Shown: positions 37,026 through 48,307, counted from the first letter of the stretch. The stretch is 64,000 bases of DNA from an uncultured Arcobacter sp. (GCA_965140705.1 OZ223300.1:832001-896000); one strand, 5' to 3'. The notes: generated by a model from the letters alone, not told the origin. Numbers and translations: made by a program.

Positions 37026-38403
37026 ATTTTTATTTATTTCAATAAATATTCTTATATTTACAGGATGTAGCTTAAAGCCAGAGATTGCATATAATAACTC
37101 TATAATACCACCTAAATTTAAGAATGCAGTAGATAAAAATAGTAAGGTAGAATATATACAACCAAAATGGGAAGATTTTGTAAAAAATGATAAACTAAAA
37201 AAATTGATTAAATTGGCTCTTGAAAATAATAGAGATTTAAAAATAGCAATTTTAAATATAGAAGCAGCAAGAGCTACATATAGAATAGAAAAATCAAAAT
37301 ATTTTCCTTCTATTGAAGCAAAAGCCAATAGTACAAATTCAAGAGATATTACATCTACTAATACAGAAATATCTCGTACATATTCTTCAAAATTTGGAGC
37401 TTCTTATGAGCTTGATTTATTTGGGAAAATTAGAAATTCAAATGATTTTGCATTACAAAGTTATTTAGCTACAAAATATGCAACAACAGCAACAAAAATT
37501 AGTTTAATCTCTGAAGTTATTAATAGTTGGAATACTCTTTGTGCAAATATTGAGCAGTTGAAAATATTAGAAAAAAGTATTGAAAATTTAACTTTATCAT
37601 ATGAATTAACACAAAAAAAATTTGATATGGGTATTAGCTTAATTGATGATGTTCTTAGTGCAAAAACAAGTTTAAAAGAAGCAGAAGTAAGTTTTTTAAA
37701 TCAAAAAACAATTATTGAAAAAAATAAGAATACTTTAGAACTCTTGGTAGCAACAACAATTCCTAAAAATTTAATACCAAGTGGTTTTGAAGAAAATGAA
37801 AAAAGCCTTATGTTAATTCAACCTGGAATTTCATCAAAAGTTTTATTTTCACGCCCTGATATTATTCAAGCTGAATACAATTTAAAAGCAAAAAATGCAA
37901 ATATAGGTGTTGCAAGAGCTGCATTTTTCCCTTCAATTAGTTTAACTGCAGATTATGGTCTTGCAAGTAATTCTTTGAGTTCATTGTTTAATGGAAATTC
38001 TCATACTGTGTGGTCTTTTATACCAAGTATTAATTTACCTATTTTTAAAGGAGGTGAAAATATGGCAAATTTGGATTATGCAAAAGCTCAACAAAAAATA
38101 GCTCTTGCTCAATATGAAAAAACTATACAGTCTGCATTTAAAGATGTATCTGATGCATTGAGTGAAAGATCGAATATAACTAAACAGCTTAAGGTACAAA
38201 AAGATTTAGTAAATACAGCAAAAAAAAGTTACGACATATCTTTAAATTCTTATAAGTATGGATTAGGGAACTATTTAAATGTTTTAATTTCACAAAAAAA
38301 GTTTTTTGATTCAAAAAGAGCTTTAATCGATACGAAATTAAGTGAGTTAATAAATAGAGTAAATTTATATACTTCTTTAGGTGGTAATGAGAAAATAGAT
38401 TAA
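37018..38403 (+). CDS. OprM/CmeC-like outer-membrane efflux lipoprotein
   Basis: Likely start MFKFLF at 37018; lipobox FTGC; ALENNRDL, YELDLFGK, RPDIIQAE, ARAAFFPSISL, LYTSLGG. Confidence 0.93.
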   Translation: MFKFLFISINILIFTGCSLKPEIAYNNSIIPPKFKNAVDKNSKVEYIQPKWEDFVKNDKLKKLIKLALENNRDLKIAILNIEAARATYRIEKSKYFPSIEAKANSTNSRDITSTNTEISRTYSSKFGASYELDLFGKIRNSNDFALQSYLATKYATTATKISLISEVINSWNTLCANIEQLKILEKSIENLTLSYELTQKKFDMGISLIDDVLSAKTSLKEAEVSFLNQKTIIEKNKNTLELLVATTIPKNLIPSGFEENEKSLMLIQPGISSKVLFSRPDIIQAEYNLKAKNANIGVARAAFFPSISLTADYGLASNSLSSLFNGNSHTVWSFIPSINLPIFKGGENMANLDYAKAQQKIALAQYEKTIQSAFKDVSDALSERSNITKQLKVQKDLVNTAKKSYDISLNSYKYGLGNYLNVLISQKKFFDSKRALIDTKLSELINRVNLYTSLGGNEKID

Positions 38404-38419
38404 ATCTATTTTCTTTTTT
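38390..38419 (+). terminator. Intrinsic terminator of the efflux operon
   Basis: AGAAAATAGAT-TAA-ATCTATTTTCT followed by a T-run. Confidence 0.6.
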
Positions 38420-38440
38420 ATATTTTATATTTTATATTTT

Positions 38441-39349
38441 TTATTTTAACTCAAAAGGCGTTTCTTGATAAACGAAATAATTTAACCAATTAGCAAATAA
38501 TAAATGTGCAGCTGAACGCCATTTTACTTTTGGGTCTTTTGTTGGGTCATTATTTTTAAAATAGTTTTTAGGCACATCTATCTCAAGACCTTTTTCTACA
38601 TCTCTTAAATACTCTTTTTGTAAAGAATCAAAATCATACTCAACATGTCCACTCATAAATACATGTTTTCTATCTTTTGAAGCTACTAAACAAACACCTG
38701 AATCTTCTGAATATAGAAGTAATTCTAAATCATCAACCTTATCAATATCTTCTTTTAAAACAGTTGTATATCTTGAGTGAGGAATATAAGCTTCATCATC
38801 AAAACCTCTTAAAAGAGGATTTGTTTTATTAAATAAATCATGTTCAAAAACACCAAATGTTTTTTTGTTTTGTTCATACTTTTGAATACCATGGTGATAA
38901 TAAAGCCCTGCTTGTGAACCCCAACAAATGTGCAATGTAGATGTAATATTTGTCTTTGAGTATTCCATGATTTCTTTTAATTCTTCCCAATAAGAAACCT
39001 CTTCAAAAGGCATAGTCTCTATTGGAGCACCTGTTATTATAAGTCCATCAAAATTGTGCTCTTTTACCTCTTCAAAGGTTTTATAAAAACTTTCTAAATG
39101 ATCTTCTGAAGTATTTTTAGACTGATAAGTTGCAGTTTTTAAAAGAGTAATCTCTGTTTGTAAGGGAGTATTACCCAAAAGTCTTAATAATTGAGTCTCT
39201 GTTTCAACTTTATTTGGCATTAAATTTAATATTAGAATTTTTAGAGGTCGAATATCTTGTTTCATAGCTTTTTTATCATTCATAATGAAAATATTCTCAT
39301 TTTGTAAAATTTTAACAGCTGGGAGTTTTTTGGGAATTACAATAGGCAT
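38441..39349 (-). CDS. metA: Homoserine O-acyltransferase (MetA family, probably acetyl-specific)
   Basis: [53 protein letters not shown]. Confidence 0.95.
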   Translation of the reverse strand: MPIVIPKKLPAVKILQNENIFIMNDKKAMKQDIRPLKILILNLMPNKVETETQLLRLLGNTPLQTEITLLKTATYQSKNTSEDHLESFYKTFEEVKEHNFDGLIITGAPIETMPFEEVSYWEELKEIMEYSKTNITSTLHICWGSQAGLYYHHGIQKYEQNKKTFGVFEHDLFNKTNPLLRGFDDEAYIPHSRYTTVLKEDIDKVDDLELLLYSEDSGVCLVASKDRKHVFMSGHVEYDFDSLQKEYLRDVEKGLEIDVPKNYFKNNDPTKDPKVKWRSAAHLLFANWLNYFVYQETPFELK

Positions 39350-39495
39350 ATTAACCTCCTTAATAATTTTTGGAAATTATAACATTAAAGTAATAAAAAG
39401 AGCAGCTTGTATTATTTTTATCAAAAGGAATAAAATAGTTTTTATGTATCAATATGCTAGAATAGAAACCAATTTATTAATAAAAAGGACAAAGC

Positions 39496-40269
39496 TTGCC
39501 ATACTTGAAAAACATAGTATTATTTATAATAACAATATTCTTTTTTACTGGATGTGTTTCCCTAAAAAAAGAGACTGTTCAAGAGATGTTTCAATCAAAC
39601 AATGCAGTTGAAATAAAAAATGATTATAAAAAAATCACTAGATTAGTAATTCGTTTAAAAGAGAAACTTGATAAACGAAATCCAAAAGCATATGATGAAA
39701 ATTTAGCAAGTAGTATTTATACAGAAATTGATAATTTACAAGATACTATAAATTTAAAATTTAAAAATAATGATGTAGGCTCTTACAAAAGTTATTTACA
39801 AATTGCTTTTAGTAAAGATGATATAAAAAACAGAAATGATTACTTAATACTTGGTTTGTATAAAAATATTTATGATGCTTATGATATATCAAGTAGTTAT
39901 AAAATAACTGCTTTTTCATATGATAAAGAAAAACTTTTAAAACTTTATAAAAACCTACAAATATTGGCTTGGAAAATAAAAGTTGAAAAAGATTTAAATG
40001 ATAATTATCTATTTTTAACTTGGCAAAATAATTGGCAAATAGAATTAGAGAAAAAGGTAAAAGCTGGATTAAAACCAACTTGGGAAGATTTTAAAAATTT
40101 AGCTTATATTAAAAATGGACAGGAGAGTATTTTTGGATATTCAAACTTATCATTTGAACATATTATTTTACAAATGAAAGCTAGAGTAGGTACTACTTTA
40201 GAAAGACTTGGAACTGAACCTACTCAAATGAGTTTAAATACTATAAAATCTATTTTTATATTTTTATAG
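39496..40269 (+). CDS. Hypothetical lipoprotein
   Basis: TTG start after AAGGA; lipobox FTGC; no recognised domain. Confidence 0.75.
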   Translation: MPYLKNIVLFIITIFFFTGCVSLKKETVQEMFQSNNAVEIKNDYKKITRLVIRLKEKLDKRNPKAYDENLASSIYTEIDNLQDTINLKFKNNDVGSYKSYLQIAFSKDDIKNRNDYLILGLYKNIYDAYDISSSYKITAFSYDKEKLLKLYKNLQILAWKIKVEKDLNDNYLFLTWQNNWQIELEKKVKAGLKPTWEDFKNLAYIKNGQESIFGYSNLSFEHIILQMKARVGTTLERLGTEPTQMSLNTIKSIFIFL

Positions 40270-40271
40270 GA

Positions 40272-43200
40272 TTAAAAACTCTTTCTTAATTTGTGTGTAA
40301 TTGTAAATAAAACTGGTAGATAAATAAGATTTAAAATAGTTCCCCACAATAACCCAAAGCCAAGTCCTATGGCTATGGGTTGAAAAATAACTGCTTGTCC
40401 TGATGGGAAAAATATCAATGAACTCATACCTATTAGTGTTGTAATTGTTGTGATAAAAATTGGTCTAAATCTTTTTGTTGCTCTAGAAAAAATTTCATCT
40501 ATATTTTTTGCCTTTTTTAAATATGTCATCATAATAATCCCATCATTTATAACAACTCCAGCTAATCCAAGAGCTCCTATTAATGAAGGCATAGAAAGAT
40601 TTAATCCCATAATTTGATGACCTATAAAAACTCCTAATAAAGAGAAAGGTATAACACTCATTAAAATAAAGGTTTCTCTAAAAGAGTTAAATAAATATAA
40701 CATTGCTAACATAATTAAGACAAAAGTTAAGGCAGAAGCAAATAACATATCACTTCTTAAACTTGCTTGTTTTTCAGCTTCACCTTTTAACACTATTTTA
40801 ATACCCTCATTTTTAAATTCATCTAAAAGAGGTTTTATCTTTTCTAAGGCTTCACTTGCAGTTAGGATTTCTGGGTCAACATTTGCAAAAACATAAAAGT
40901 TCTTTTCTCCATTTTCTTTCATCAGTTGTTCAAAATCTTTTTTAATATTGAAATCTGCAATTTCATATAAACTAACAGTGGTACCATCCTCTAATGGAAT
41001 TTGTGTATTTCTAAAGGCATCAAAATCATCTTTATTTAGACTTTGTATTTTTATGTCAAGCATATCTGTTGCATCAAAACTAACAGCTTTTTTCTTTAAA
41101 AGATAAAGATTAGATAAATATGCACCAAGACTTGACTCATCCAATCCAAGATATTCTCCATAGGTATTTACTTTTAGTTTTATTTCATCTACTCCAAATT
41201 TAAGAGTATTTGAGGTATTTTTTATACCTTTTAAATTTTGGAGGGTAGTTTGTAGTTTATTAACTGCTTTTATTATCTTTTTATTATCATTTGAGATAAG
41301 TCCAATTTTAATGTCAGATTTTACAGGTCCTACTCTTCTTTCAAGAACTGATATTTCTGAAAGTTTATATTTAGATTTATAATCTTGTTTTATTAGATAT
41401 TGTTTTAATAATTTTGCTATTTCTTTTGAGCTTAATTCTCTTGTTCTATTCTTATCATCATAATAAAAACTTAAATAAGGAGTTACATATTTATCTAAGA
41501 AGTTTGCTTCTTTTGGTTTTTGAAGCTCTAAGGTCATATACATAACATAAGGAAATCTTTCAGTATTACTTGCTGTATCCCTTCTATATCCTGCAACTGA
41601 ATCAATACTTTTAATATAAAAATCATCTTTTTTAGCTATTAAATCTTTTTCTATAGCCTGAACTATTTTAAAGGCATCTTCAAGTTTTGTGTTTTGGTTG
41701 GCTTTGATTGTTATTTTTACATCTGTAGCATCAAATTTGGGAAACATTTGAAACTTTGAATTTTTTGCAATAAGATAAGTAGAAAGAGGTACAAGAATAA
41801 TAAAAATAGTTAAAAATGTTTTTTTCCAATCCATAAAAAAATGGAGCGTTTTATTATAAAGTGTATTTACTTTTTCCCAAGAAGTGACCTTTGAATCACT
41901 TTTAAGGGTATGTGCTGCATGTATTGGTAAGAAAATAAAAGATTCTATCAATGAGGCAACAACCAAGGCTGAAAGAGCTATAGGGATAAGTTTCATAACT
42001 TCACCCAATGTTCCACTTATCATTAAAATTGGTAAAAATGAAAATAAAGTTGTAATTGAGGCTATGGTTACAGGTTCTACCATCTCTTTTGCCCCTAATA
42101 CTGCTGCTTCTTTTGGGGCATATCCTTCTTCAATATATTGTTGAATATTTTCACTTACAACAATTGCATCATCAACAACTATACCAATGGCTATCAAAAC
42201 CCCAACAAGAGAAATCATATTTATAGAATAACCAGATAAATAGATATATAAAGCTGCCATTACAAATGAAGTTGGAATACCAAGGGCAATAATAAATGAC
42301 ATTCTAGCATTGATTAAAAGCATAACTATTAGTGTAATTAAAATAATACCAAGCATGATATTTGATACAACAATATTTAATCTATCTCGTATTCTTTCGC
42401 TATTATCATCTGCGATTATGATATTTACATCTTTATTTTGTTTATTTAGCTTTGGTAAAAGTTTTTCAATATTTTTTGTTATAACTAAAGCATCTGCTGT
42501 ATCATTTTGTTCTACTTTTAATGATAGGGCATTTTTACCATTAAAAGAGTAAAGGGTTGAAGAATCTTCATACTTCTTTTTTATAGTTGCAATATCGCTT
42601 AAATAAACTGTTTGGTTACCTATTCTTATGACACTTTTTGCAAATTCTTTTGCATTTTTTGCTCCATTATAAGTTGAAATATAATAGTGCTTTTTCCCTT
42701 CTATTTTACCTATTGGAAAAATATATGAAAGTGTTGAGATAGCATTAAAAATTTCTGTTTTATTTAATCCAAGGGCCTCTATTTTATTGTCATCTAGTGA
42801 TATTTCATAAAATTTATCTGAATCACCAAATATGGTGATTTCATTTATTCCACTTATTGTCATTAATTCACTTTTGATATCATCAGCCAAAGGTTTTAGT
42901 TGGTCAAGGGTATATTTTGAAGAGGTTAATGAAATATCTAATAAAGTTCTAGTTCTATCTACTACTTTAACCGTTGGTTCATCCATATCAGATGGAAGAT
43001 CTTTTTTTACAGAGGTAATTATATCTTTTACTTTATCTGACTCGTTGTATCTATCTTTTCCTTTTTTTAGTTCTAATATAATAGAAAATTTGCCAGGGCT
43101 AATAACAGTAGTTATTGTATCTACGCTGTCAAGGTTTTTTAAGTCATCTTCTATTTCGTTTACAACCATTTTATCAAGAATATCAACTGATGCCCCTGTA

Positions 43201-43358
43201 TAAGAGCCACTGATTGAAATCATTTCAAGTTCAAAGGTAGGAAAAATTTCTTTTGGAGTTTTATTATATGCCCATATTCCAATTGCAAAAATCATGAAAA
43301 AAAGTGTGTAGTTTATTCTTGAGTTTTCCACAAAGAATTTTAAAATTTTTTCAAACAT
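40272..43358 (-). CDS. AcrB/AcrD/AcrF-family RND transporter (no adjacent adaptor)
   Basis: PKEIFP, GIVVDDAIVVSENI, GVVINDGIIM, RFRPIFITT. Confidence 0.92.
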   Translation of the reverse strand: MFEKILKFFVENSRINYTLFFMIFAIGIWAYNKTPKEIFPTFELEMISISGSYTGASVDILDKMVVNEIEDDLKNLDSVDTITTVISPGKFSIILELKKGKDRYNESDKVKDIITSVKKDLPSDMDEPTVKVVDRTRTLLDISLTSSKYTLDQLKPLADDIKSELMTISGINEITIFGDSDKFYEISLDDNKIEALGLNKTEIFNAISTLSYIFPIGKIEGKKHYYISTYNGAKNAKEFAKSVIRIGNQTVYLSDIATIKKKYEDSSTLYSFNGKNALSLKVEQNDTADALVITKNIEKLLPKLNKQNKDVNIIIADDNSERIRDRLNIVVSNIMLGIILITLIVMLLINARMSFIIALGIPTSFVMAALYIYLSGYSINMISLVGVLIAIGIVVDDAIVVSENIQQYIEEGYAPKEAAVLGAKEMVEPVTIASITTLFSFLPILMISGTLGEVMKLIPIALSALVVASLIESFIFLPIHAAHTLKSDSKVTSWEKVNTLYNKTLHFFMDWKKTFLTIFIILVPLSTYLIAKNSKFQMFPKFDATDVKITIKANQNTKLEDAFKIVQAIEKDLIAKKDDFYIKSIDSVAGYRRDTASNTERFPYVMYMTLELQKPKEANFLDKYVTPYLSFYYDDKNRTRELSSKEIAKLLKQYLIKQDYKSKYKLSEISVLERRVGPVKSDIKIGLISNDNKKIIKAVNKLQTTLQNLKGIKNTSNTLKFGVDEIKLKVNTYGEYLGLDESSLGAYLSNLYLLKKKAVSFDATDMLDIKIQSLNKDDFDAFRNTQIPLEDGTTVSLYEIADFNIKKDFEQLMKENGEKNFYVFANVDPEILTASEALEKIKPLLDEFKNEGIKIVLKGEAEKQASLRSDMLFASALTFVLIMLAMLYLFNSFRETFILMSVIPFSLLGVFIGHQIMGLNLSMPSLIGALGLAGVVINDGIIMMTYLKKAKNIDEIFSRATKRFRPIFITTITTLIGMSSLIFFPSGQAVIFQPIAIGLGFGLLWGTILNLIYLPVLFTITHKLRKSF

Positions 43359-43439
43359 ATTTTGCCTAAGTGTAGTATTTGTATAAAATTATAGATAGTA
43401 ATTATTAAATTTGGATTAATAATTACTAAAATGAGTTTT

Positions 43440-45665
43440 TTATCTACTAGCTGCGTGTAGTCCTATTTCTTTTACTTTTTCTAAGTCTTCATCTGATTTT
43501 ACATTTTCAGCCATTACTTTTATATTTACCAAAGTACATAAATCTTGCATAGATTCTACAAAAGCATGTTTACCAGAATCAGAAGATATTCCATTTGTAT
43601 AGTCTCTTGCAAGTCTTATAAAGTCAAGATTTAAATCTTTTATATTCTCTAATGGTATAAATTTTGACTCAAATCTTTTTACAATAATTCTAGCATGATA
43701 TCGATTTACAATTTTTGTAAAAACTTTAAAGTGTTCGATATCTTTGGCAACTCCATATGCAGTAATTGAAAATACCAATTTACTTGCAATTAAACTGTTA
43801 TTTTCTAAAATAACTATTAACCAATCAAGAAAATTAGAATCAACAATAGAATCAAGAGATAAATTTATTGAAATATTATTTTCAACTTTATTTTCTTTAA
43901 TGTGTTTAATTACACTACTTACAACAGCTTTATCAAAATCTACTACTTTTTCATATTTTTCAGCAATAGAAATAAATGTTCCAATTGGTATTTGTTCATC
44001 GTTTTTATCATAGGCAGAAGTAAAGGCTTCTTGCATGATAAGTTTTCCTTCATCTTCTCCTGTTAAAGCATATTCGTTATTGATATACTTAACATCAAAT
44101 TTAGAGTTATCTATAATATCAAATATTAATTCTCTCCATGATTCTACATCCCTCGCTAAATCACTTGCATCTCTTATAACTGCTTCATTTGGACCAATTT
44201 GTTTTGCACTTTCCCTTGCTTCTATTGCAGCACTTAACATTTCAGGAATTGTCCCTATTTGATTAAACATAGTTACACCAATATTTGAGATATTTGATAA
44301 TTTTACTTCTTTTGAAAAGGCATCAAATTTTATTTTGAGATATTGACTTAGTTTTTTAATATCATCTTCAGAACAGTTTTTAGCAATTAATGCAAACTCT
44401 GAACCAAAAAATCTGAAAGCTTTTATTTCAAAGTCAAATGCTTCATTTGAGTCTTTTAAAATATTTGCAAAATCTTTGATAAATTTATCAACTGCACTAT
44501 TTGAATTATTTTTTGCAAATTCGGCTAATGATTCAATTTTTAAACTCATAACATAACCATCAGTTTTAGAAATAAACATATTTTTCATATCTGTTTCAAA
44601 TGTTTGTCTCAGTTCTAATTTAGTAAGTCCATCTTGGGAGATTTTTTTAGTAACATTTTCAATATTTGCATTAAGTTTTTTGATAATTCCTTCAATCTTA
44701 CTAGACATATCATTCATAGCAATTGCTACATTTTTTATCTCAGTTGTTACAGGTAGTTTATCTATTTTTCCAAATTTACCATGTGCAATATTTACTGCTA
44801 GTTTTTCTATATTTTTTAAAGGCTTTAAAATAAGTTGTAAAAATAGAACTAAGATAGCCAAAGAGATAAAAAAGGCAATAAGAGAATAAATAATAGCTCC
44901 TCTTGCTTGATCATAAAGTTTTGCATAGGCATCCCCTGCATTTGAGCTTACATAAATAGTTGCTACATTTTTCCAACCATCACTAATTTCACTAGATTTT
45001 TCTTGCATATTTAGTTGAATAAGATTTATAAACCATTGTGGTACATAATCAAATTTTTCTTCTCTATCTTCTTTTACTAAAACTTTATTTAGATTCATTT
45101 GAGATTTTGCATTAATTATTTTGTTGTTAATTTTTATTTTAAATGAAACTTCAAAATTACCACCATCTTTATAGTTCTTATTTGGTATAAAAATGTATTT
45201 TGTATTTTTTGTAGAAACACTACTTTCTACTTCATTATTAGAAACAGAATCAAGTGAATCTAAGGCATTTTCAAAAGCAGAATCATTGGTGCTTTTTTCT
45301 ATTTTCCCATATTTAGGGTTAATTTTTACATCAGTAATGAAGCTATATTTATTTACATCCATATCTTCAATATTGTTGACTAAATCATCATTTGTAAATG
45401 AAAGTTCAACATCTTCAAGTCTTATTTCTTTATAGAATCCTCTATTTGCAATTGCTTTTATGGTACTTTCTATTTCAGGATCGTGTTTATCCCCAATAAG
45501 TGATTTAAGACTAACTCCAAGTGAAGTTGCAGTATCTTGTGCTTTATTTGCTGATTCAATTTCTAAATACTCTTTTGTATTCTTGACACTAATGATAAAA
45601 TTACCTACAAATATTGCAAAAAAGATTGCAGATATTATTAAATAAAGTTGTTTAGATAAAGACAT
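43440..45665 (-). CDS. lapD: LapD-like c-di-GMP receptor (periplasmic output, HAMP, degenerate GGDEF and EAL)
   Basis: MSLSKQL, AQDTATSLG, VPQWF, EISDGW, HAMP, FFGSEF, QEAF; downstream of lapG. Confidence 0.88.
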   Translation of the reverse strand: MSLSKQLYLIISAIFFAIFVGNFIISVKNTKEYLEIESANKAQDTATSLGVSLKSLIGDKHDPEIESTIKAIANRGFYKEIRLEDVELSFTNDDLVNNIEDMDVNKYSFITDVKINPKYGKIEKSTNDSAFENALDSLDSVSNNEVESSVSTKNTKYIFIPNKNYKDGGNFEVSFKIKINNKIINAKSQMNLNKVLVKEDREEKFDYVPQWFINLIQLNMQEKSSEISDGWKNVATIYVSSNAGDAYAKLYDQARGAIIYSLIAFFISLAILVLFLQLILKPLKNIEKLAVNIAHGKFGKIDKLPVTTEIKNVAIAMNDMSSKIEGIIKKLNANIENVTKKISQDGLTKLELRQTFETDMKNMFISKTDGYVMSLKIESLAEFAKNNSNSAVDKFIKDFANILKDSNEAFDFEIKAFRFFGSEFALIAKNCSEDDIKKLSQYLKIKFDAFSKEVKLSNISNIGVTMFNQIGTIPEMLSAAIEARESAKQIGPNEAVIRDASDLARDVESWRELIFDIIDNSKFDVKYINNEYALTGEDEGKLIMQEAFTSAYDKNDEQIPIGTFISIAEKYEKVVDFDKAVVSSVIKHIKENKVENNISINLSLDSIVDSNFLDWLIVILENNSLIASKLVFSITAYGVAKDIEHFKVFTKIVNRYHARIIVKRFESKFIPLENIKDLNLDFIRLARDYTNGISSDSGKHAFVESMQDLCTLVNIKVMAENVKSDEDLEKVKEIGLHAASR

Positions 45666-45677
45666 ATTTTTCCTTTG

Positions 45678-46325
45678 TTAAATTCTACTCATTAAATCTT
45701 TCCAAGATTTTAGATTGTTTTTTCCTACAAGTTCTGATGATCTACCTTTATTTTTGGCTTGCCATAGTCCTTCTGCATTGAAACTATAAACTGGCTTTAA
45801 ATCAGGTCTTTTTGATGCTAATTTTAATAATTTGTTTACGTTGTCTAAAACAACAGGTATTGATGTTGGTGTATGATAATATGTTAAAACCATGTGAGCT
45901 TGTTCATATTTAGTTCCACGCCTAAGAAGTTTAACATAAGTTATTCTTAGTTTTTTATCGGGAACTCCTAGTTTTCTGAGAGTAAAATATTTGGCAATTG
46001 CATAATCTTCACAGTCACCAGCACCTGTACCCATAAATTCAAAGGGTGCAGCCCAATAATCTTTTTTGTGCCAGTGCTGTTCATCTGTTTCATATTTTAT
46101 TTTATTAAAAAAATCATTTACATCTTTTAATTTGTGTACTATATCTTTTGATTTAGCATTTTCAACCATCTCATCCCAAACTAAAACTCTTATTCTCGCT
46201 TGTTCACCATATTTTTGCGTAAATTTATCTAATTTTTCTTGAGAAATATTAAATGTCTTTACACTAAAGGCAAAGCTTATAAAAGTAATAATAAGAAGAA
46301 AAGAGATGATTGATTTTTTTCTCAT
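45678..46325 (-). CDS. lapG: LapG-like transglutaminase-like cysteine protease (BTLCP)
   Basis: VNDFFN, DYWAAPFEF, GDCEDYAIAKYFTL, AHMVL, VLDN, LKPVYSFN. Confidence 0.92.
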   Translation of the reverse strand: MRKKSIISFLLIITFISFAFSVKTFNISQEKLDKFTQKYGEQARIRVLVWDEMVENAKSKDIVHKLKDVNDFFNKIKYETDEQHWHKKDYWAAPFEFMGTGAGDCEDYAIAKYFTLRKLGVPDKKLRITYVKLLRRGTKYEQAHMVLTYYHTPTSIPVVLDNVNKLLKLASKRPDLKPVYSFNAEGLWQAKNKGRSSELVGKNNLKSWKDLMSRI

Positions 46326-46326
46326 A

Positions 46327-47640
46327 TCATTTTAAAGTGCTTTTTAGCTCATCCTCACTTATTTTGTCTCTATCATATTTAACGATTAAAAGATTTTCAG
46401 TATCATTTATATACCATTCATCAATTATATCACTATTTTCAAATTTTGAAAAATTTGATTTATCATACTCTTCTAAATTTAAATAAGCAGTTTGTTTTTT
46501 TAGTGGATTTGGAAGTGTAAAAATCATAATTGCCCAAGCAACACAAATAGCTGCAATTGCAATTACTATATCAAAAAGATTGACTTTTTCAAAAAATACT
46601 CCACCTAATAAACCACCAATAAAAGTTCCAAAATAACCATAAGAATTAAACACACCTAGTACAAAACCCCTTTGGTGTACTTTTGCATATTTTGAAGCAA
46701 GTGATTGCATGATTGGTTCATGTATGTTAAATCCGATGAAAAATAGAACTACACCAATCGCAAAAACAGTAGCACTACTTGATGTTCCAATTACTAAGTA
46801 TGAAATAGCAAAGAAGAAAATACCAGCAATAAGTACTTCTTTAAATTTACCTTTCTTTTCAGCCATAATAGCAGCAGGAGCCATAGCAAGTACTCCAAAA
46901 ATAGTAGATGGCATATATACTTTCCATAAATCTGACATAGACCATTCAAAGTGTTTTAATAAAATCATTGGAATAATCATAAAAGCGAAAGTCATAAAAC
47001 CTTTTTGTAAAAAGTTTGTAAGATTCATCTTTAATAAGTTTTTATTAAATAATACAGATGTTACGGCACCTTTTTTATTATAAGTATGAATAATCTTTGG
47101 AGGATTAGGAACAGCTTTTATTAAAACAAAAATTGAAGCAAAAGCAATAACAGCTGTAATAATAAATAAAGACTGAACACCTAACCATGAACCAAGTGTT
47201 GGCCCTAAAATCATGGCAGCAGCGAATGCCATAGCAATACTTCCACCCATCAAAGCCATAGCTTTAGGTCGTTGTTCTTCTTTTACTAAGTCACTAATAG
47301 TAGCAGTAACAACTGCTCCAATAGCTCCTGCACCTTGCATCAATCTTCCAAGTAATAAAGTTAAAACATCATTTGAAATGGAACAAATTATTGACCCTAG
47401 ACCAAATAAAATTAGTCCTAAAATAATAGTACCTTTTCTACCAAGTTTATCACTCATAATTCCAAAAGGAACTTGAAAAATCATTTGAGTTAGAGCATAT
47501 CCTCCAACTATAATTCCAACAATTGTGGTTGTTGCACCTTGTAAGTTCATTGCATAAACAGAGATAACTGGTAATACAATAAATAGTCCGAAAAATCTTA
47601 GTGCAATAATAACACTTAATGGCATAATAGATTTAATCAT
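46327..47640 (-). CDS. MFS transporter (YajR-like)
   Basis: LRFFGLFIVLPVIS, QVPFGIMSDKLGRK, GRLMQGAGAI; about 12 TM helices plus a C-terminal soluble domain. Confidence 0.9.
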   Translation of the reverse strand: MIKSIMPLSVIIALRFFGLFIVLPVISVYAMNLQGATTTIVGIIVGGYALTQMIFQVPFGIMSDKLGRKGTIILGLILFGLGSIICSISNDVLTLLLGRLMQGAGAIGAVVTATISDLVKEEQRPKAMALMGGSIAMAFAAAMILGPTLGSWLGVQSLFIITAVIAFASIFVLIKAVPNPPKIIHTYNKKGAVTSVLFNKNLLKMNLTNFLQKGFMTFAFMIIPMILLKHFEWSMSDLWKVYMPSTIFGVLAMAPAAIMAEKKGKFKEVLIAGIFFFAISYLVIGTSSSATVFAIGVVLFFIGFNIHEPIMQSLASKYAKVHQRGFVLGVFNSYGYFGTFIGGLLGGVFFEKVNLFDIVIAIAAICVAWAIMIFTLPNPLKKQTAYLNLEEYDKSNFSKFENSDIIDEWYINDTENLLIVKYDRDKISEDELKSTLK

Positions 47641-47716
47641 TTATAATCCTGAGGTTTGATAAAATAAGAAAAAATTATATACTAAATATATTAATATAAC
47701 ATAAATAAGGAAAGCA

Positions 47717-48307
47717 ATGAAAATAGTTTTAGCTACATCAAACAAAGGGAAAATAGGGGAGTTTAAAAAACTTCTTCCAAATGAAGAGGTATATACTTTC
47801 AAAGAGCTAATTGGAGATATGGATATAATTGAAAATGCTGATAGTTTCAAAGGCAATGCAATAATAAAAGCAAAAGCAATATATGACAAATTAGATAGTG
47901 AAGAGTATATTGTAATCTCTGATGATAGTGGAATCACAGTTCCAGCAATCAATAATGAACCAGGGATTTATTCAGCACGTTATGCAGGTGAGGGTGCAAG
48001 TGATAAAGAAAATAATGCAAAATTGATCTCAAAACTAGAAGAAAAAAACTTACAAATAACACCAGCTTATTATACAGCTTGTATATGTATTATTTACAAA
48101 GGGGAAGTATCAACTGTACATGGATGGATGCATGGAAGTGTTATTCCAAAAGAGTTGGGAAGTGAAGGTTTTGGTTATGATCCTATGTTTATTCCAAAGG
48201 GTTATGATAAAACTTTAGGTGAACTAAGTCATGAGGTAAAAAAAGAATTTTCCCATAGAAGTAAGGCTTTAAAATTGGCAAAAAAAGTTTTAGAGGTGAT
48301 TTTATAA
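47717..48307 (+). CDS. rdgB: Non-canonical purine NTP pyrophosphatase (RdgB/HAM1)
   Basis: [37 protein letters not shown]. Confidence 0.95.
   Translation: MKIVLATSNKGKIGEFKKLLPNEEVYTFKELIGDMDIIENADSFKGNAIIKAKAIYDKLDSEEYIVISDDSGITVPAINNEPGIYSARYAGEGASDKENNAKLISKLEEKNLQITPAYYTACICIIYKGEVSTVHGWMHGSVIPKELGSEGFGYDPMFIPKGYDKTLGELSHEVKKEFSHRSKALKLAKKVLEVIL

Noticed and set aside
38415..38447. (TTTTATA)n simple repeat
   Set aside because: About three copies in a very AT-rich terminator region; not distinguishable from background.
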